From the human T2T-CHM13v2.0 reference genome, Homo sapiens: DNA of 64,000 nucleotides. Shown one piece after another: positions 27,601-45,976 of the stretch (its first letter is position 1; the number at the start of each line of letters is the position of its first letter). The notes below the pieces were generated by a model. It ran no database searches, had not been told where the DNA came from, and saw only the letters and a program-made list of their open reading frames with translations. A program made the position numbers and the translations under genes. Location of the stretch: assembly GCF_009914755.1 (NCBI RefSeq), contig NC_060935.1; one strand, 5' to 3'.

Positions 27601-30600
27601 GCATGACTACCATTTTTAATGGCTCTTTAATGTCATCAAATTGAAAAAGCATGAGCCACCGAAACCACTCCACTGTAGGCAATTTTATTGTTTACAAGTT
27701 TTGCTAGTTTAAATACTACAGTAAATATGTTTGAGCAGGTATCATTTGCTCTCACATAGGGTATAAATTTCCAGCAGACCAAAAAACTGGCTCACAAAAA
27801 TGCAAAATTGTATGGTGCCTAATAGATACATCAAATCACTTTTCACAGAGGTTGTGATTAAGAATGATAATGAGAGACCATTCTTAAAATCATTCAAAAG
27901 TGAGATAGATCATAGTTTTAGGCAAGTTTTATTATAGAGGTGGCATTATATTTATGACTTCATGACTACACTGATTATTGTCTACTTTCCACAAATGGCA
28001 TATAAAATCAGAAAAGAGTAGGTCTTATTTTTCAGATTTTATTACACCCTAAGTTTTCTTCATGGTGAATATTGACATGGTAAAGTAGAGTGAAAAAGGA
28101 AATAGGGTAGAAAAGAAAGGAAACCTCTACTAGACATCCAAGATAGGCATTATATTTTTCACGAAATATAAAGCAAATAATAAGACTAATGAATTTAACA
28201 TGGGCTAAGTTGGTCTGACATGCCTGTGATTGTCACACAAGAGCAATTTCAGCAAAATTCAGTATTGGATTGTAGCTCTAAGAACAGCAAACTGGATGAT
28301 TAAAGCAAATTAGGTGCAGAAAAAAACTTACTGCAATTATCTGAATATATTAGGTGAAACCTCAGTCTCAGTATATAATATCCAAGTAGCTTTCTCTACT
28401 CTTGAAAATACTACAATACTGAATGCCCACAAAAATCATCCTATTTCTAAACTGCAATCTAAAAATAAAAAAATGTTTTAGTGTCTATTCCACTAACTGT
28501 AATCATTATGTAACTAGAGATTCAGAAACTGAGATTATGGGATCATGTATCTACAGTGTAACTTAATCATGGAAAACTTGAAAATATTATGTTTATATTT
28601 ATGAAATCATATATTTAGTCAAATAGTTGTGGGATTTGAAGAAAGATACTATATATGAAAATCTCTAAGTTTTATGGAGTTTTTCATTTTCAGATGCAGT
28701 AAAGTACAAAAGTTTATCAAAAATGACATTTCAGACACATTAACAGATATTTTCAATCTAGCAATTAGACCAAAATGTAACTTCAGAATTAGCATATTTT
28801 GAAAGAAATCAACTATAATAGAAATTAGAGACTTTTCTGCTTATGTTAGCAAATTTTGTAAACCTTAGAAGACAAAATAGTCACTTCATTTCACTTTCTA
28901 AAATTCACCAATACAAAGAATAATTTTCTTAAATCCTTGAAAAATACCAAATAATTTGAAAAAAACACCTTGTATACAAATACAAGAAAGAGGGGTTCTA
29001 AGAACATTGCTGAAATCATTTTTAACCTAAAAATGCAACAAAATGAAAATCTAAATTATCTTTGATACAATTGCTCATGAACTATATCAAGTAGCTGAGT
29101 TGGAGAACTATCCTTTGTTCCGAAGTGTTTTTAATAGATATATTAAATATATATAAGGTTATTGTATATATATACATATATATTTCCTATAGGAAATATA
29201 AAGGAGAGCTAGGGAACTTTTTGGGGAAATATCAGACTTCTCATTATATATTTATTTACATTTTCTGGAATTTTTTCATCTATTTTCAGAAACTAAAATT
29301 ATTTCACTAATTTCTAATCATGCTCACACCTTCTCCTTTCCCAAACTCAACTTATCCAAAAGCATTTTTATATTTCTCTCGCTATGCCTAATTTTATTAT
29401 TAACAAAAATATAAGAATTATTATTATAATCATCAGAATAGCTAACAGTAATTGAAGAGAGTACGACCAAGGCATTTTGCTTTCCAATCTAATATGTATT
29501 TTCCTGTTTAAATTTCACAACAGTCATATACAAGATACTACTATCTTCATGTTATTCATTAGGAAAGTGACATTCAGAGAAGTAAAGCATCTTCTTCAGT
29601 GTAATAGAAACAGTAACTAGTGGATCTGCAATTTGAGCTCAGATCTGTAATACTCCAGAGTACCTGGTTAAGTGTACGACGTTGTCTTCCGATTGTTACC
29701 TGTGAGGTGCTATTGCCTTCAGTAAACCAGAAGGATAGCATTCCACTAAATATGACCCTATGCCCAAGGGTAGAGTCTTTAATATGTTAGATAACAAAGA
29801 TTTGGAGGATCTTTTTTTAAAAAAAATCATGAAAACATGTATTAATTAACTTCTGGAGTGGTCCATTTAATGAAAAACCTTTAAGCAGACATTGCTTATA
29901 GGCAAAATGTAAGAAAGTGGTTCTTGTAGCTTTGAGAGGGCCAGGAGTCCCTGGTTCCGAATAATGAAGAGAAACTTCACGAAGATAGACAATCTTAAAA
30001 TCATGTGGCTCAGACTTTGGGTCCACTTCTTGGAACTACACTATACAGAAAGACTAGGTACTCAGGACAGACAGCAGAGCAGATGTGTAATAGGTTCCTC
30101 TTGGCTCCCAATCCAGAGAAATGAGCCACAGTCTCCTGTTCCAGCTTGATCTCCTGGGTGGTCTCAAAAGGTAGAACAAAACATTATAGTTTCCTGGTCC
30201 AATCTAGAAGTCCCACACGTGCAAGAGAAGGGAGAGTTTGGCATATTCACAGTAAACACTGCACTCTTATGTTACTTTATTGTCACTCCCAAAGATTTCA
30301 AAGGGCTTAATTTCTCATTAAAATTGTGCATGTAAAATGAATGGTACAATTAATGAGAGTATTGCTACTCTTACTGAAAGAGCAAGAGTTTCTCCTCCAA
30401 ACACATCTTCTGAAATGAACATATGGCCTACTATATGCCAGCCACTATTATTGATTTGTTTTCTCATTTCTCATTTCAACCTCTGAAGTAGATAATAGTA
30501 TCCCCATATTATAGGATAGAAAACTAGGGTTCAGATACCATGTGGCTTTCCCCAAAGACCATATAGCTTGAAAGTGAGAAAGCTAAAATTCTTATCTAAC

Positions 30601-31667
30601 TCATCCTGAATTTCTTAATGCAGCATTCTATCTTCCTCGCATAGGCAAGCATTGCCTTTTGTGCCTACTCATCTTATTCATTCTAGTTATTGAGCATCTG
30701 TGACGCTTCCATTGCTTTCTTTATGTGCCTTACTTCTCGCTTTCTGGGGATTAGTATATCATCCCTGTAATTGTTTGCCTTGCTGGCTATGATTGCATTT
30801 TAGGAAAACCACAGAGATAATTAAAAATCCAAGTCAAGACACCAGTAATGTTTTGGGGAATCTTTCCACCCATCATAACAGTAAAGATTTTTCTGTGACG
30901 TGCTGTAAGAAAAATTTCTGTTCTCCTGAAACTGTTCATCTAAAACATGTTTCCATACGTATCTCACAGAACGGAGAAATAATTATTTTGGTCTTATTCA
31001 ATGATTCTATAAAGAACTTCAAAACTATTACATATTGTCTTTTGATAGGAAAAAAACCCTATAATTGAATATGCATTGGGAGTTAAGTGAAACACGTTAT
31101 TGTTTTATGAAGACTAGCCAGGAATTACATCATGCTGCCTGTTTCTACATATGAGTCCAATTTTATGTGAAACTATTTAGAGACTATGGCCCATCTGCTT
31201 CTGAAGGTTTTCTACCAAGTTGCCAGATTAATAGTGCAGAAACCAGAATCATTTTTATGCAGATACTGATGAATTTACAATCATTATAACCCTTGCCTGA
31301 CAATTTATAGCTATTCTTATACGTTTTACCAAAAGCAATGTTTTAAAGAGTTTTCATGATCATCACAGGAAATGGTTCAGCAGAAACCACACAATAAACT
31401 AGTTTCTAGTACGATTCTAGAAATCATCTATTATTTTCTTCCAGTTCACTTATAAAAGACATACAATTATATACCAATTTAGCTTTTCAAAATTACTTTC
31501 ACATTTGTCTTCTTACTTTCTCTTCTGTGTTGTATCACTTTACAATCCCTGTTTAAAAGTTGAATGAGAGTCACAGAAAAGTTAAGCAACTTACCTAATG
31601 TCACGTAATTGTGTGGTGGCAGAGAAATGATGAGTGCCCAGGTGTTTTTTATTTCCAGCTCTTACAT

Positions 31668-31915
31668 CATTTCACAAAGTGAGTTCTGTGGAATACTAGC
31701 ATCCTGATAAATGTGAATAGGCATTCTGGTAAAATGTATGTTTCAAGGTCACTGCATAATCACCTCTAGACTTTCACAAGTCATAAGATATTGAAAGGTC
31801 ACTAAAGTCCTATAATTTAAAAAATGTTTAACATAGAGTTTTATCAGCGTATTTGTCCGTGAATATCTTGCAAACTCACTAGTATTGCAAAGTAAATAAT
31901 TTAGAAAATGCTGCA
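31668..31915. mobile_element. MER113-like hAT-Charlie element
   Basis: tttcacaaagtgagttctgtggaatactag...tttagaaaatgctg terminal similarity. Confidence 0.55.
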
Positions 31916-34351
31916 CTAAGGTATACATATAAGTTTTACTTGGTCTCAGGACTGAATATAACTCAAGCACATTGACTATGCCCTATAAATTTTATTTCTC
32001 ACAAGGTCTGGAAAATGCTAGAGCTAAGAGTAGGAGCTCAATAAAGATTTATTGCCTGAGTGAAAATTTATGATATGGGTATTCATAAATAGAGGTTTAG
32101 ATGTATAGATGTCAGTTTATTGTAACCACAAACCAGTTTATTGAATCCAAGAGAGAGGGAAAGAAAGAGAGAGACTATCAAAAATCTGTACAAGCTAGAG
32201 AAATATATGTTTAATGCATTGTAAATATGTATAAATATTAAGAAAGAATGCAGTAACATGGAAAAAATCAAATAAATTAATAAATATGCTTTGAACATGT
32301 ATTGAGTGCTTACTATCTTCCAGGTACCAAAATGTCCTGTCATTTAATCTACCTTCTCCTTATGATACAGATAACATTGTCATTCAAAATTCAAGTCACC
32401 CAACAAATATATATTAAGTATCTGAAATATGCTTATTGACTTGTCCTTCAAGGTTTAGTTTAAAAGTCAGGTACATGTTGGTGATTAATAAATATTTAGT
32501 GAATGGATTAATATAGACACAATCACTGTTCTCATTGGCTCGTATGTTAGTATTATACTAAGTGGTAGACCTCAGATGCAAACCCTGATCAAACCAAGGT
32601 TCTCTCCACTGGACCTCAGCCTTAGTGAGTTGTAAGTCCATGCTTCCTATCCTCATTTGCTAACAGCTGGTAATGTGAACTTGGTTATGTATGTAAGTTT
32701 TTCTGACTGTAAATGGTTGTAATGATTTTAAATAGAACAATGGACCAATTTGTTCAGGCACTAAAGTTTCTAAGTTTCTGCTTTGTGGCCACCATGCCCC
32801 TACCCTTGTGCCCCTTTTATTGGTCAATGTCCAGCCATCCTAGTTGTTAAATATTTTAACTATCACCTTAGGTGAAGGAAAACGGCACTGGGGAAAAAAA
32901 TAGACTTGAAATGTTTTGTCTTAAAGTTCTAAATTCAAGAGCCAAAGACCCATATATCCTCATTAATTGCTAAACAAATTTATTTAGGAAGATGCCCTGA
33001 AGACAGACAGATATAATAACAATTTGAATCAAACTCTACTCTTGAGATCCCAGTAAGGTAGTTTAAAAGCAAATCACATGCCCCTAGTGCCACTCTATTA
33101 CACAAATTACTCCTCCTCCAGGCTCAAGTCATCCCAAGAAGGTAGCAGTATTTGGCAAGACAGTAGAGTTAACATGAACTGAGATAATTTAAGCTTTTAC
33201 ATTTAAAGATCAATGTCAGGCTAAATGTCATACTGAGATCATTTGGTGCTCAAAATGAAGTGATGATTTTGGCTCTGAGATTTGAAAAAAAAAAAAAATC
33301 CCAAAATTTCAACAATGTTTTGAGATGCCACAGTCGTCTTGTTTCAGTTATCCAGTCAATAAATTTAACTAGATGTTCAGGGACCAAAGAATCAAAAACA
33401 TTTGTTGCTATTCCCAAAATACAGAGCTGTACTCACAGGTGTGCTATGTCAGTTAGGACCTTTTCAACTAAATCAAAACCCCATGTTCCCTTTTGCCATT
33501 CATCATTGACCATTTACAGAGGTAACCCATGAAGATTGCACAGCTGTTGTGAAGTAACATTTGATTTCTGCCAAGATCTCAGGAGGACTGAATTACTGTG
33601 AGTTATGATTTCCCCAGAACTGGTAGAACTATTTCTTGTACAACCAGGCTCATATATCTCAATAACAGCTTTTCTGCCAGGGAAAGTACAGGTAAACTTT
33701 GATATTGGAACATTCCTTGTAGTTTGATTTGGCAAAAAGTGACTCAAATTATTCCTTCACTTTATTGTATAATTTTAAAATAATTTCCCATTGAAGGAGA
33801 ATCATTTGTCCTTTAAATGTGCATATACAATAACCTATTGCTATTACTCTTGAAAGTCTAGCCAGTAAAACTTATGACTTCAATCATGACATTCCATTTC
33901 TTTTAAGAGAGAAGCTTGAATAGCATGCTCATGCCTACTTCTAACTTAAGTCAAAACATTTGCTAGGGCAAGGCTTTGTTTCTTTTAATTTCTGAGGTCT
34001 GGTCCCACAAGTGGTAACAGTGAATTGTGCATGTCTTTCCACCCACATCACATGATTTGCTTGTTTTAATTGCTTATCTAAATGCTGGTTTATCCTGCAG
34101 GTGTCAGTTTGAATCATTTCCTTCATGATGTCTTCTATAATTTAGGCCAGGCTTGATTGTTCTTTTCTATCTCACCAGAAATTAAGAGTTATTAGTACCC
34201 AAGTGCACTAGGAAAGTTGACATCATGATATGACATCTGGCCCTGCATCTTTAGTCACACTGCTGTGTAAGATGGCACAGTGGGAACTATGATTATTTCT
34301 GCAAGTTTCTACTGCACTGAGATGGCTAGCAATAAATTATGCCTGGAGGTG

Positions 34352-34397
34352 AACCATATAAATATATCCTGATAAACCATATAAATATATCCTGATA
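34352..34397. repeat. Perfect 23-bp tandem duplication
   Basis: aaccatataaatatatcctgata x2. Confidence 0.95.
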
Positions 34398-35552
34398 AAA
34401 ATAAACCAAATGCATCCCCTATCAATTTTCCGCTACTTGAATCCCCAAAATACCCATAGCCACTCTAGCATCGCCAGACAAAAACGCAAGTGAGAATGGA
34501 AAAAGACAATAATCTTAAGCAGTGATGCTCAAAAATATCTTACTATGTCAACTGTATTAAGCAAGAAGCCCTGAAGCTTAGGGCCATTAGATTCACAGCC
34601 ACAACATCTCTGCTCCTACCTCTACTCTCTGTTCTCCCTGCCACATATATGCTTCATTCTACTACAAAAACTTTCATCCCTATGCCTCTTTCCAAGCCCA
34701 CTTTCCAATCCAACCTCTTCCTCCCCTAAATTTCCTGAACCTTCTCCCTGCATTGGCTCTTCTCAACAGGAGATATTTTTTTTTTAATTCAGAATCTCCA
34801 GTTCCCACATCAAGTCCACTGAGTTAGTATTTTTTAAACAAGATCTTTAGAAGCATTTCATACACCTTTGGGTTTAAGAAGCATGTCCTAGAAGACACCC
34901 CTTTCCTACCTTCATTCCATGGAACTGGAGGGATCACTCTTTTTACTCTAAATGAAATTTTTACCTTTTTCTAACTCAATGCTCAACCAAACCCAGGTTC
35001 TTCCCTTGTCCCATGACAACATGCAAATCACCACCCTTTCACATAGGCAAGTCTCCAGGACCCAGGAATGAAGGACTGACCTTCTTTCCCATCCCTGTTC
35101 CCTCTTTGGGACATCAAAAAGTTATATTGTCAGAGACTAAGCAAGAAATTTGATTCAGCCTTGGAAGATTGCTATAACTATAACTACCAAGTGTTTCCAC
35201 AGATACATTTGAACATTTAAGGGTCCAGCACACATATCATATTTCTTCTCTTACACTGTGTCTCACTATTGTCCATACTTTGATGATCTGTAAAATTATT
35301 AACCTCATGTTCTTACTCAACTTATGCCACATAAGTATTCCTTAATTATTTCAAACAAATGTTCTTGTCTCCCCAATTAATTTTATGTGTTCTGAAGGGC
35401 AGGGATCACACCAGCGATGTTTCTGGGTCTCATAGAGGCTAGCACAGTACTTGACACATTGTGGCTTCCAGTTAAGTCCTCTGTCTTAATTAGGAAATGT
35501 TTAAATATTTCTTTGATGACTGAAGAACTTTCAGGGCCTCAGAATGCAGATA

Positions 35553-35839
35553 TTTTTTGTTTGTTTGTTTGTTTGTTTGTTTGTTTTGAGACAGGGGCTT
35601 TCTCTGTCACTCAGGCTGGAGTGCAGTGGTGCCATATTAGCTCACGGCAGCCTTGACTTCCTGAGCCCAAACGATCCTCCCACCTCAGCCACCATGCCCA
35701 TCTAATTAAAAAAAAAACTTAAGAGACAGGGTCTCGCCATGTTACCCAGACTCTTCTTGATCTCCTGGGATCCAGGCAATCCTCCCTCCTCAGTGTCACA
35801 AAGTGCTAGGATTACAGGCATGAGCCACCACACCTAGCC
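35553..35839 (-). mobile_element. AluJ-like with internal deletion and (tttg)n tail
   Basis: gcagccttgacttcctgagcccaaacgatcctcccacc; gacagggtctcgccatgtt. Confidence 0.9.
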
Positions 35840-36764
35840 ACCACTTTGAACAATTATATTCTCACTGAATATAACAGAGAACCAAATGATTTATTATTAT
35901 CATCATCATCAAATATGCATTTCTCATGATGATGTGTCTCATATATTTTTACTGGAAAGAAGGGATCTTCCTGTCATTGTAATAACAGTTTTATATTGCA
36001 TTTTAATACAGAAGATTTAGGTAGTAAAAACAGCATAGAATCTGATGTACTGTTTTCAAGTCCCTGTACAGTCCTTACTAGCTCTGTAGTTTGAATATAA
36101 CTACCAACTCTCAATCATCCTATTTACTTGTGTGAAACAACCTCATGGGGTTATTACAGCTTTAATGAGACAAAGCAAAATCTTAACACTGTTTTATTCT
36201 CAATCCATTATTCTACATTATAATCTCTGTTATGAAAATTTAAATTATTCTTATAAATACTAGTTTCAGAATTAACACAAAAAAGTCTCAAGTTTGAAAT
36301 TAGGCCATGATTATATAGCTACTTGCACTTTCAATCCTCCAAGAAAATCGTGGAAATTTCAAAATTAACAAGGGAGTTGTGCAATGATTCTGACTCTGAA
36401 AAATTAAAATTCTTGTAAGCCTTTATTCATTCCTTGAAAAAAGAGGTCTGTTGCTTGAGGTTGGGAATGAAGATGAGGCAATGTTTATTTTCAATTAATC
36501 TTAAGCTTCTGGACTTAATGAAGAAAGTTTATCAAAAACTGCATGTAAGAGTTTTGGAAGTTGGACAGTGGAAACAAAAACAGAAAAAGGAAGGAAGGGA
36601 GGGAAGACGGAAGGACCAAAGAGAAGCAGGTATGAGCGATGAGGCTTGATTTATGTAACTTGTCAGTGTTATAATGATACAGTCAAACAATTTGCTGATT
36701 TGGTCAACAAACATAAAGTCACATTTAAATCTCTACTTAAAAAGCCTTGTTCTTCCCTGAAAGA

Positions 36765-37256
36765 ACTTGTATTTTCCAAAGATAACCATGACAATATCTC
36801 TTGTTACACATGCTCTTCTGCAAAATCACTTAGCTCCTCCATGAGAAGTCAAAGTTTATTTCTCTAACGTCCTTGAGTCTGGCCCAACCCTATGACTGCT
36901 TTGGCCAATAGAATATGGCAGAATTAATGCTGTCAATGCCAGTTTATGAAAAAATTCTTAATATACCTGGTAGCTTCTTCTTTCTGCCTCTTGGACACAA
37001 CAGCCATTTAAGAAGCTTACCATGTTCAGCCCACCATCTTGGGAAAAGCCAGAGGACTGAAGTTCCAGATGGATAAAGAAGCCAATGTGGAAGTAGATTT
37101 TCAGCCCCAGCCCCTAAAGCTGATGCCATGAGGATCAGGTACAAACTTCCCTGATGAACACTTCTAAAATTCTGAATCCACAAGGTTTTATGAGCAGAAC
37201 AAAATGTTCAAGTCACAAGGATTTAGGGTAGTTATTTACATAGCAAAAAAATAACA
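36765..37256 (+). mobile_element. MLT1H-like solo LTR
   Basis: ccttgagtctgg...tgactgctttggccaatagaatatggcagaa; end gttatttacatagcaaaaaaataaca. Confidence 0.75.
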
Positions 37257-37885
37257 TACCCCAGAATATACAAGCAATTACTAAAAACTAGTGAGAAAAA
37301 AGACAACTCAAATTGAAAACATGAAAACAACTTGAACAGGCACTTCATAAAATAGGATAGCCAAATGGCCAGTCCCCATATAAAAATATGCTGAATATCA
37401 TCAGAAATCAGGAAAAGCAAGTTAAAGTCACATGTGCCAAAATGACAAAATTTTTAAAAGTTGACAACATCAGGTTTTGAGAAGGATGTGGAACAACTAG
37501 ACCATTCTTGAACAAAGTCAAGAACATAAATTGGTATAACCATTTAAGAAAAATGTTTATTAGTACCTACTAAAACTAAACCTACACATTCACCATGGCC
37601 CAACAGTTTTACTCTTGAGTATCCCTAGCAAAAAGGAGTCTTATTTCCACCAAAAGACATGAACAAGAATGTTCATAGCAGTTTTAATCACAATCTCCAA
37701 AAACTGAAAATATCCCCCAAACCCATCAAGAGTAAAATGAGCAAATAAATTGTGGTATATTCATATAACGAAATGTTGCACAACAGTAAGAAGGAGCAAA
37801 CCCATGATATATATACAGCATGGATTAATTTCAGAGATATAACACTGAAAAAAGTACATATTTCAGTGTATTTTCTTCCAGTCAT
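37257..37885 (+). mobile_element. L1ME ORF2 end / 3'UTR fragment
   Basis: cttgaacaggcacttcat...gagaaggatgtggaacaactag...caagaatgttcatagcag. Confidence 0.8.
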
Positions 37886-39811
37886 TACCCTATACATTAT
37901 TTTAAAATTCCTATGCATTTAAAAAAATAGTTGAAAGCACACTATAGTGTGCTAATAAGTCCATTTGTGCCTGAATGGTTTCCTAATAGAAAGGAATCCA
38001 GTATTGTGTAACTTTTGGCAAACATCTAATGTTTTATAAATACTAAAACAAACATCTAATGTTTCATAAATATTTTATAAAATGTAAACATAACACTTGC
38101 ATAATCAACAAAATATATATTTAGCAGACTAATAAGCTTTTTTAATCTTTAGCCATTGACTACAAATTCAATCAAATGCTTCAAATTATAAGAACTGCAA
38201 ATTAAATCTACTATTTTAAATTTGTTAACCACCTTTGCCATCACACAAAATTCTCACTAGTGGTTATAATTAATAATAAAGCCAACCAACACACATGTTA
38301 AAACCATTTAAAAAGTGTTAAACACTGTAATTTTCATTTGTTTCTCTATAATCTTCTTTCTTATTTTGATCTTATTCTTTCCTATTCCTTCCCAGAGCTA
38401 TACTTTTACTTCTCCAACCTACACAGAGGGTTTCTCTGGGGGCAGAGACTGATGAGTGAAGATTGGAGCTGAGACCAAGTCATGAGTGTGACATCCAAGA
38501 AGATTCTTCCTAAGTTTATTATCCATCTAAGGTGGTTACATTCGTACACTTTGTCCATTATGTAAAGATTGTTATTATTAAATCTGACCAATCTTATAGC
38601 TTTTAATTTGTGGGGGTAGGAGGCACAAGTTTTATCATCAATCTGACAGCTGTTATGGGTACTTGGTATTATAGCCTAGTAGAGGTTATTTTACAAAGGT
38701 TTGTTCTGTATCTTGATTTTTTTGAATATTGGATGTAAGCCTCTTTTGTGACTACCCCTTCTGACCAAGTCCTATTTAGTTAAGTTAAATCTAAATGGAT
38801 TAGTCAATCATTTACTTGAAATTACAATTTTTCTTCCTTATTAACCACCTAAGACCTGCAATAGTATGTCATAAGCACTGTTTCCATGGCTATAAACTCT
38901 TTTGAAAGATAATTATAATGACTTCATGAAATTCTATCTTAAGAATATAATATAGTTTCAACACATTTTGTGTATATTACAAAGCAGATAATGATGTCCT
39001 ATGGTGTTTCTTTACTAACAAACCAACTTAAAGAAATTTTAAAAATATAGTATATGGATGAAAAATTCTCCAGAGGATAGATATCATAAGGAAAAAATAA
39101 TCACAGCTTCTGGAAACAACAGACACACTTAGAGAAATACAAAATTCAGTGGAAAGTTTCAACAATAGACTAAAAGAAATAGAAGAAAGAACAGCAGAGC
39201 TCAAAGACAAGGCTTTTGAGTTAACCCAATCAGACAAAGACAAAAAGAAATGAAGAAAGCTTTCAAGAAATTTGGGATTATGTTAAACAGCCAAGCCTAA
39301 GAATAATTGATGTTCCTAAGGAAGAAGAAAAATATTAAAGTTTGGAAAACTTATTTGAGGGAATAATTGAGGAAAACTTTCCTGGCCTTGCTAGAGATCT
39401 AGACATCAGAACACAAGAAGCTCAAATGACTCCTAAGAAATTCATCACAAAAAGATTATTACCAACACCCACAGTCATCAGACTATCTAAATTCAAGATT
39501 AAGGAAAGAGTCATAAAAGCTGTGAGGCAAAAGCATCAGGTAACCTATACATGAAAAACATATCCGATTAATAGCAGATTTCTCAGCAGAAACCCTACAA
39601 ACCAGAAGGGATTGGGGTCCCATCTTTAGCGTCCTTAACAACAAAAATTGTCAGCTGAGAATTTTGTAGCCAGCAAAACTAAGCTTTATAAATGAAGGAG
39701 AGAAAAAGGCTTTTTCAGATAAAAAAACAAATGCTGTGAGAATTTGCCACTACATCTAACATGATGAATAGAACAGTACCTCCCATCTCCATATTACTAA
39801 CATTGAATGTA

Positions 39812-40223
<412 letters not shown>

Positions 40224-40600
40224 TAAAGCAACAACAGTTAAAAAAAAAAAAAAGAAAAGACAAAGAGGGGCATAATATAATGATAAATAAATTAGTCCAA
40301 CAGGAAAATATAACAATTCTAAATACATATGCACCTAACACTGGAGCCCCCAAATTTATAAAATAATTACTACTAGACCTAAGAAATGAGATAGATGGCA
40401 ACACAATAATAGTGGGGATGTCAATACTCCACTGACAGCACATGACAGTCATTAAGACAGAAAGTCAACAAAGAAACAATGGACTTAAAGTATATTCTAG
40501 AACAAATGGACTTAACAGATATTTACAGAACATTCTACCCAACAACTGCAGAGTACACATTGTATTAATCAGCACATGGAACATTCTCTAAGATAGATGA

Positions 40601-42302
<1,702 letters not shown>

Positions 42303-43566
42303 TCATTAAATTCAAGAAAATTGAAATTTCAAGTACCCTCTCAGACCACAGTGGAATAAAACTGGAAATTAATTCCAAAGGAGCCCTTAAAACTATAAAA
42401 ATACATGAAAATTAAATGATCTATTCTTAAATGATCATTGAGTTAACAATAAAATCAAGATAGAAATTTAAAAATTATTTGTGCTGAATAATAATAATGA
42501 CAAAACTTATCAAAACCTCTGGGATACAGCGAAGGTGGTGCTAAGAGGAAAGTTCACAGCATTAAATGCCTACATCAAAAAGTCTGAAAGAGTGCAAAGA
42601 GACAATCTAAGGTCACACCTCAAGGAACTAGAGAAACAAGAACAAAACAAACTGAAACATAGCAGAAGACAAAACATAACAAAGATTAGAGTAGAATTAA
42701 ATGAAATTGAAACAAAAAACACAAAAGATAAATGAAACAAAAAGCTGGTTCTTGAAAAGATCAACAAAATTGATAGACCATTAGTGAAATTAACCAAGAA
42801 AAGAAGAGAGAACTCAATTAGAAATGAAATGAGAGCTGTTGCAATTGATATTACAGACATACAAAAGATTATTCCAGGCTACTATGAACATCTATATGCA
42901 CACAAACTAAAACATCTAGAAGAGATGGCTAAATTTCTGGAAATATACAATTCTCTTAAATTAAACCAGGAAGAAATAGAAACTCTGAACATATCAATAA
43001 CAAGTAGCAAGACTGAAACAGTAATTTTAAAAATTGCCAACAAAATAAAGTCCAGGACAAGATGGATTCACAGCTGAATTCTATCAGACATGCTAAGTAG
43101 AGTTGGTACCAATTTTACTGAAACTATTCAAAAATAAAGAGTGAACCCTCCCAAAATCATTCTATGTCACCAGCCACTAGGGTGGTATAAGTCACCCCAA
43201 TACCAAAAACTGGAAAGGACATAATAAAAATAAATCTACAGACCAATATCTCTGATGAACATGGATGCGGAAATCCTGGACAAAATACTAGCTAACAGAA
43301 TCCAAGAGCATATCAAAAAGATAATCCACCATGATCAAGTGAATTTTGTACCAGGAATGCAGGGATGGTATGACATATGCAAGTCAATAAATTTGATACA
43401 TCATATAAGCAGAATTTTTTTAAAAAATTTACAGTCATCTCAATAGATGTAGAGAAAGCATTTGGCAAAATCCAGTATCCCTTTATGATTAAAACCTTCA
43501 GCAAAATTGGCATACAAGGGACTTACCTTAGGATAATAAAAGCCATCTATTAGAAACCCACAGCAA

Positions 43567-43868
<302 letters not shown>

Positions 43869-44379
43869 GAAACCCACAGCCAACATTATACTAAACAGGG
43901 AAAAGTTGAAAACATTCTCCCTGAAAACTGAAACAAGACAAGAATGTCCATTTTTACCATTTCTATTCACCATAGTACTGAGTGCTAGCCAGAGCAGTCG
44001 ACAAGAGAAAGAAATAAGGGGCATCCACATCAGTAAAGAGAAGTAAAACTGTCACTGTTTGCCAATTATATAATTATATACTTAGGAAACCCTAAAGACT
44101 CATTCAAAAAGCTCCTAGATCTGATAAATTAACTCAGTAAAGTTTCAGGATACAAAATCAATGTTCACAAATTAGTAGAAACAGCTATACACAAACAGCT
44201 GAGAAACCAAGCTGAGAAAAAATACATCAAGCTGAGAAACAAATCAATAACTCAATCCCTTTACAACAATGGCAAAATAAAATAAATAAATAAATAAATA
44301 CCTAAGAATATACCTAACCAAGGAAGTGAAAGATCTCTACAAGAAAAACTACAAAACACTGCTGAAAGAAATAATTTAC

Positions 44380-44655
44380 AGCTGGGCATGGTGGTTCACA
44401 CCTGTAATCCCAGCACTTTGGGAGGCCAAGGCAGGCAGATCACGAGGTCAAGAGATCGAGACCATCCTGGCTAGGAAAGTGAAACCCCATCTCTATTAAA
44501 AATACAAAAATTAGCCGGGCATGGTGGCATACGTCTGTAGTCCCAGCTACTTGGGAGACTGAGGCAGGAGAATCACTTGAACCCAGGAGGCAGAGGTTGC
44601 AGTGAGCCACTGCACTCCAGCCTGGGTGACAGAGTGAGATTCCATCTCAAAAAAA

Positions 44656-44715
<60 letters not shown>

Positions 44716-44717
44716 AA
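44380..44717 (+). mobile_element. AluSc-like with (GAAA)15 tail at 44658-44717
   Basis: gatcacgaggtcaagagatcgagaccatcctggc; tetranucleotide tail directly visible. Confidence 0.93.
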
Positions 44718-45695
44718 CAATGAATGTACAACACAGATGGAAACACATCTCATGTTCATGAATGGGTAGAATCAATATTGTTAAAATGACCTTACTGCCA
44801 AAAGCAATCTACAGGTTTAATGTAATTCCCATCAAAGTACTGTCATCGTTCTTCACAGAAGTAGAAAAAATTCTAAAATTCATATGGAACCAAAAAAAAG
44901 CACACATAGCCAAGGCAAGACTAAGCAAAAACAAATCTGGAGGTGTCACATTACCCCACTTCAAACTATACTACAAGGCTATAGTTACCAAAACAGCATG
45001 GTACTGGTATAAAAATAGGCACATAGACCAATGGAATAGAGAACCGAGAAATGAAGCCAAATGCCTACAGCAAACTGATCTTCAACAAAGCAAACAAAAA
45101 CATAAATTGGGAAAAGGACACCCTATTCAACAAATGGTGCTGAGATAATTGGCAAGTCACACGTAGAAGAATAAAACTGAATCCTCATCTCCAACCTTAT
45201 ACAAAAATTAACTCAAAATGGACCAAAGACTTAAATCTAAGACCTGAAACCATAAAAATTATAGAACATAGCATTGGAAAAACTTTTCTAGACGTTGGCT
45301 TAGGTAAAGATTTCATGACCAAGAACCCAAAAGCAAATGCAACAAAAACAAAAATAGATGGGATTGAATTAAATTAGAAAGTGTCTGCACAGCAAAAGAA
45401 ATAATCAGCAGAGTAAATATAGACAACCCACAGAGTAGAAGAAAATATTTTCAAACTATGCATCCAACAAAGGACTAATATTGAGAAGTAATAAGGAACT
45501 CAAATCAGCAAGAAAAAAAAATAATTCCATCAAAATGTGGACAAAGTTCATGAATAGACAATTATCAAAGCAGATATACAAATGGTCAACAAACATATGA
45601 AAAAATGCTCAACATCACTAATCAAGAAAATGCAAATTAAAACCACAGTGAGATATTACCTTATTCCTGCAAAAATGGCCATAATTTAAAAATCA

Positions 45696-45976
<281 letters not shown>

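Noticed and set aside
38019-38072. 30-bp-period imperfect repeat, and aagctgagaaa x3 at ~44195-44240, as CRISPR-like arrays
   Set aside because: Only 2-3 copies, no spacer architecture, eukaryotic context; local slippage.
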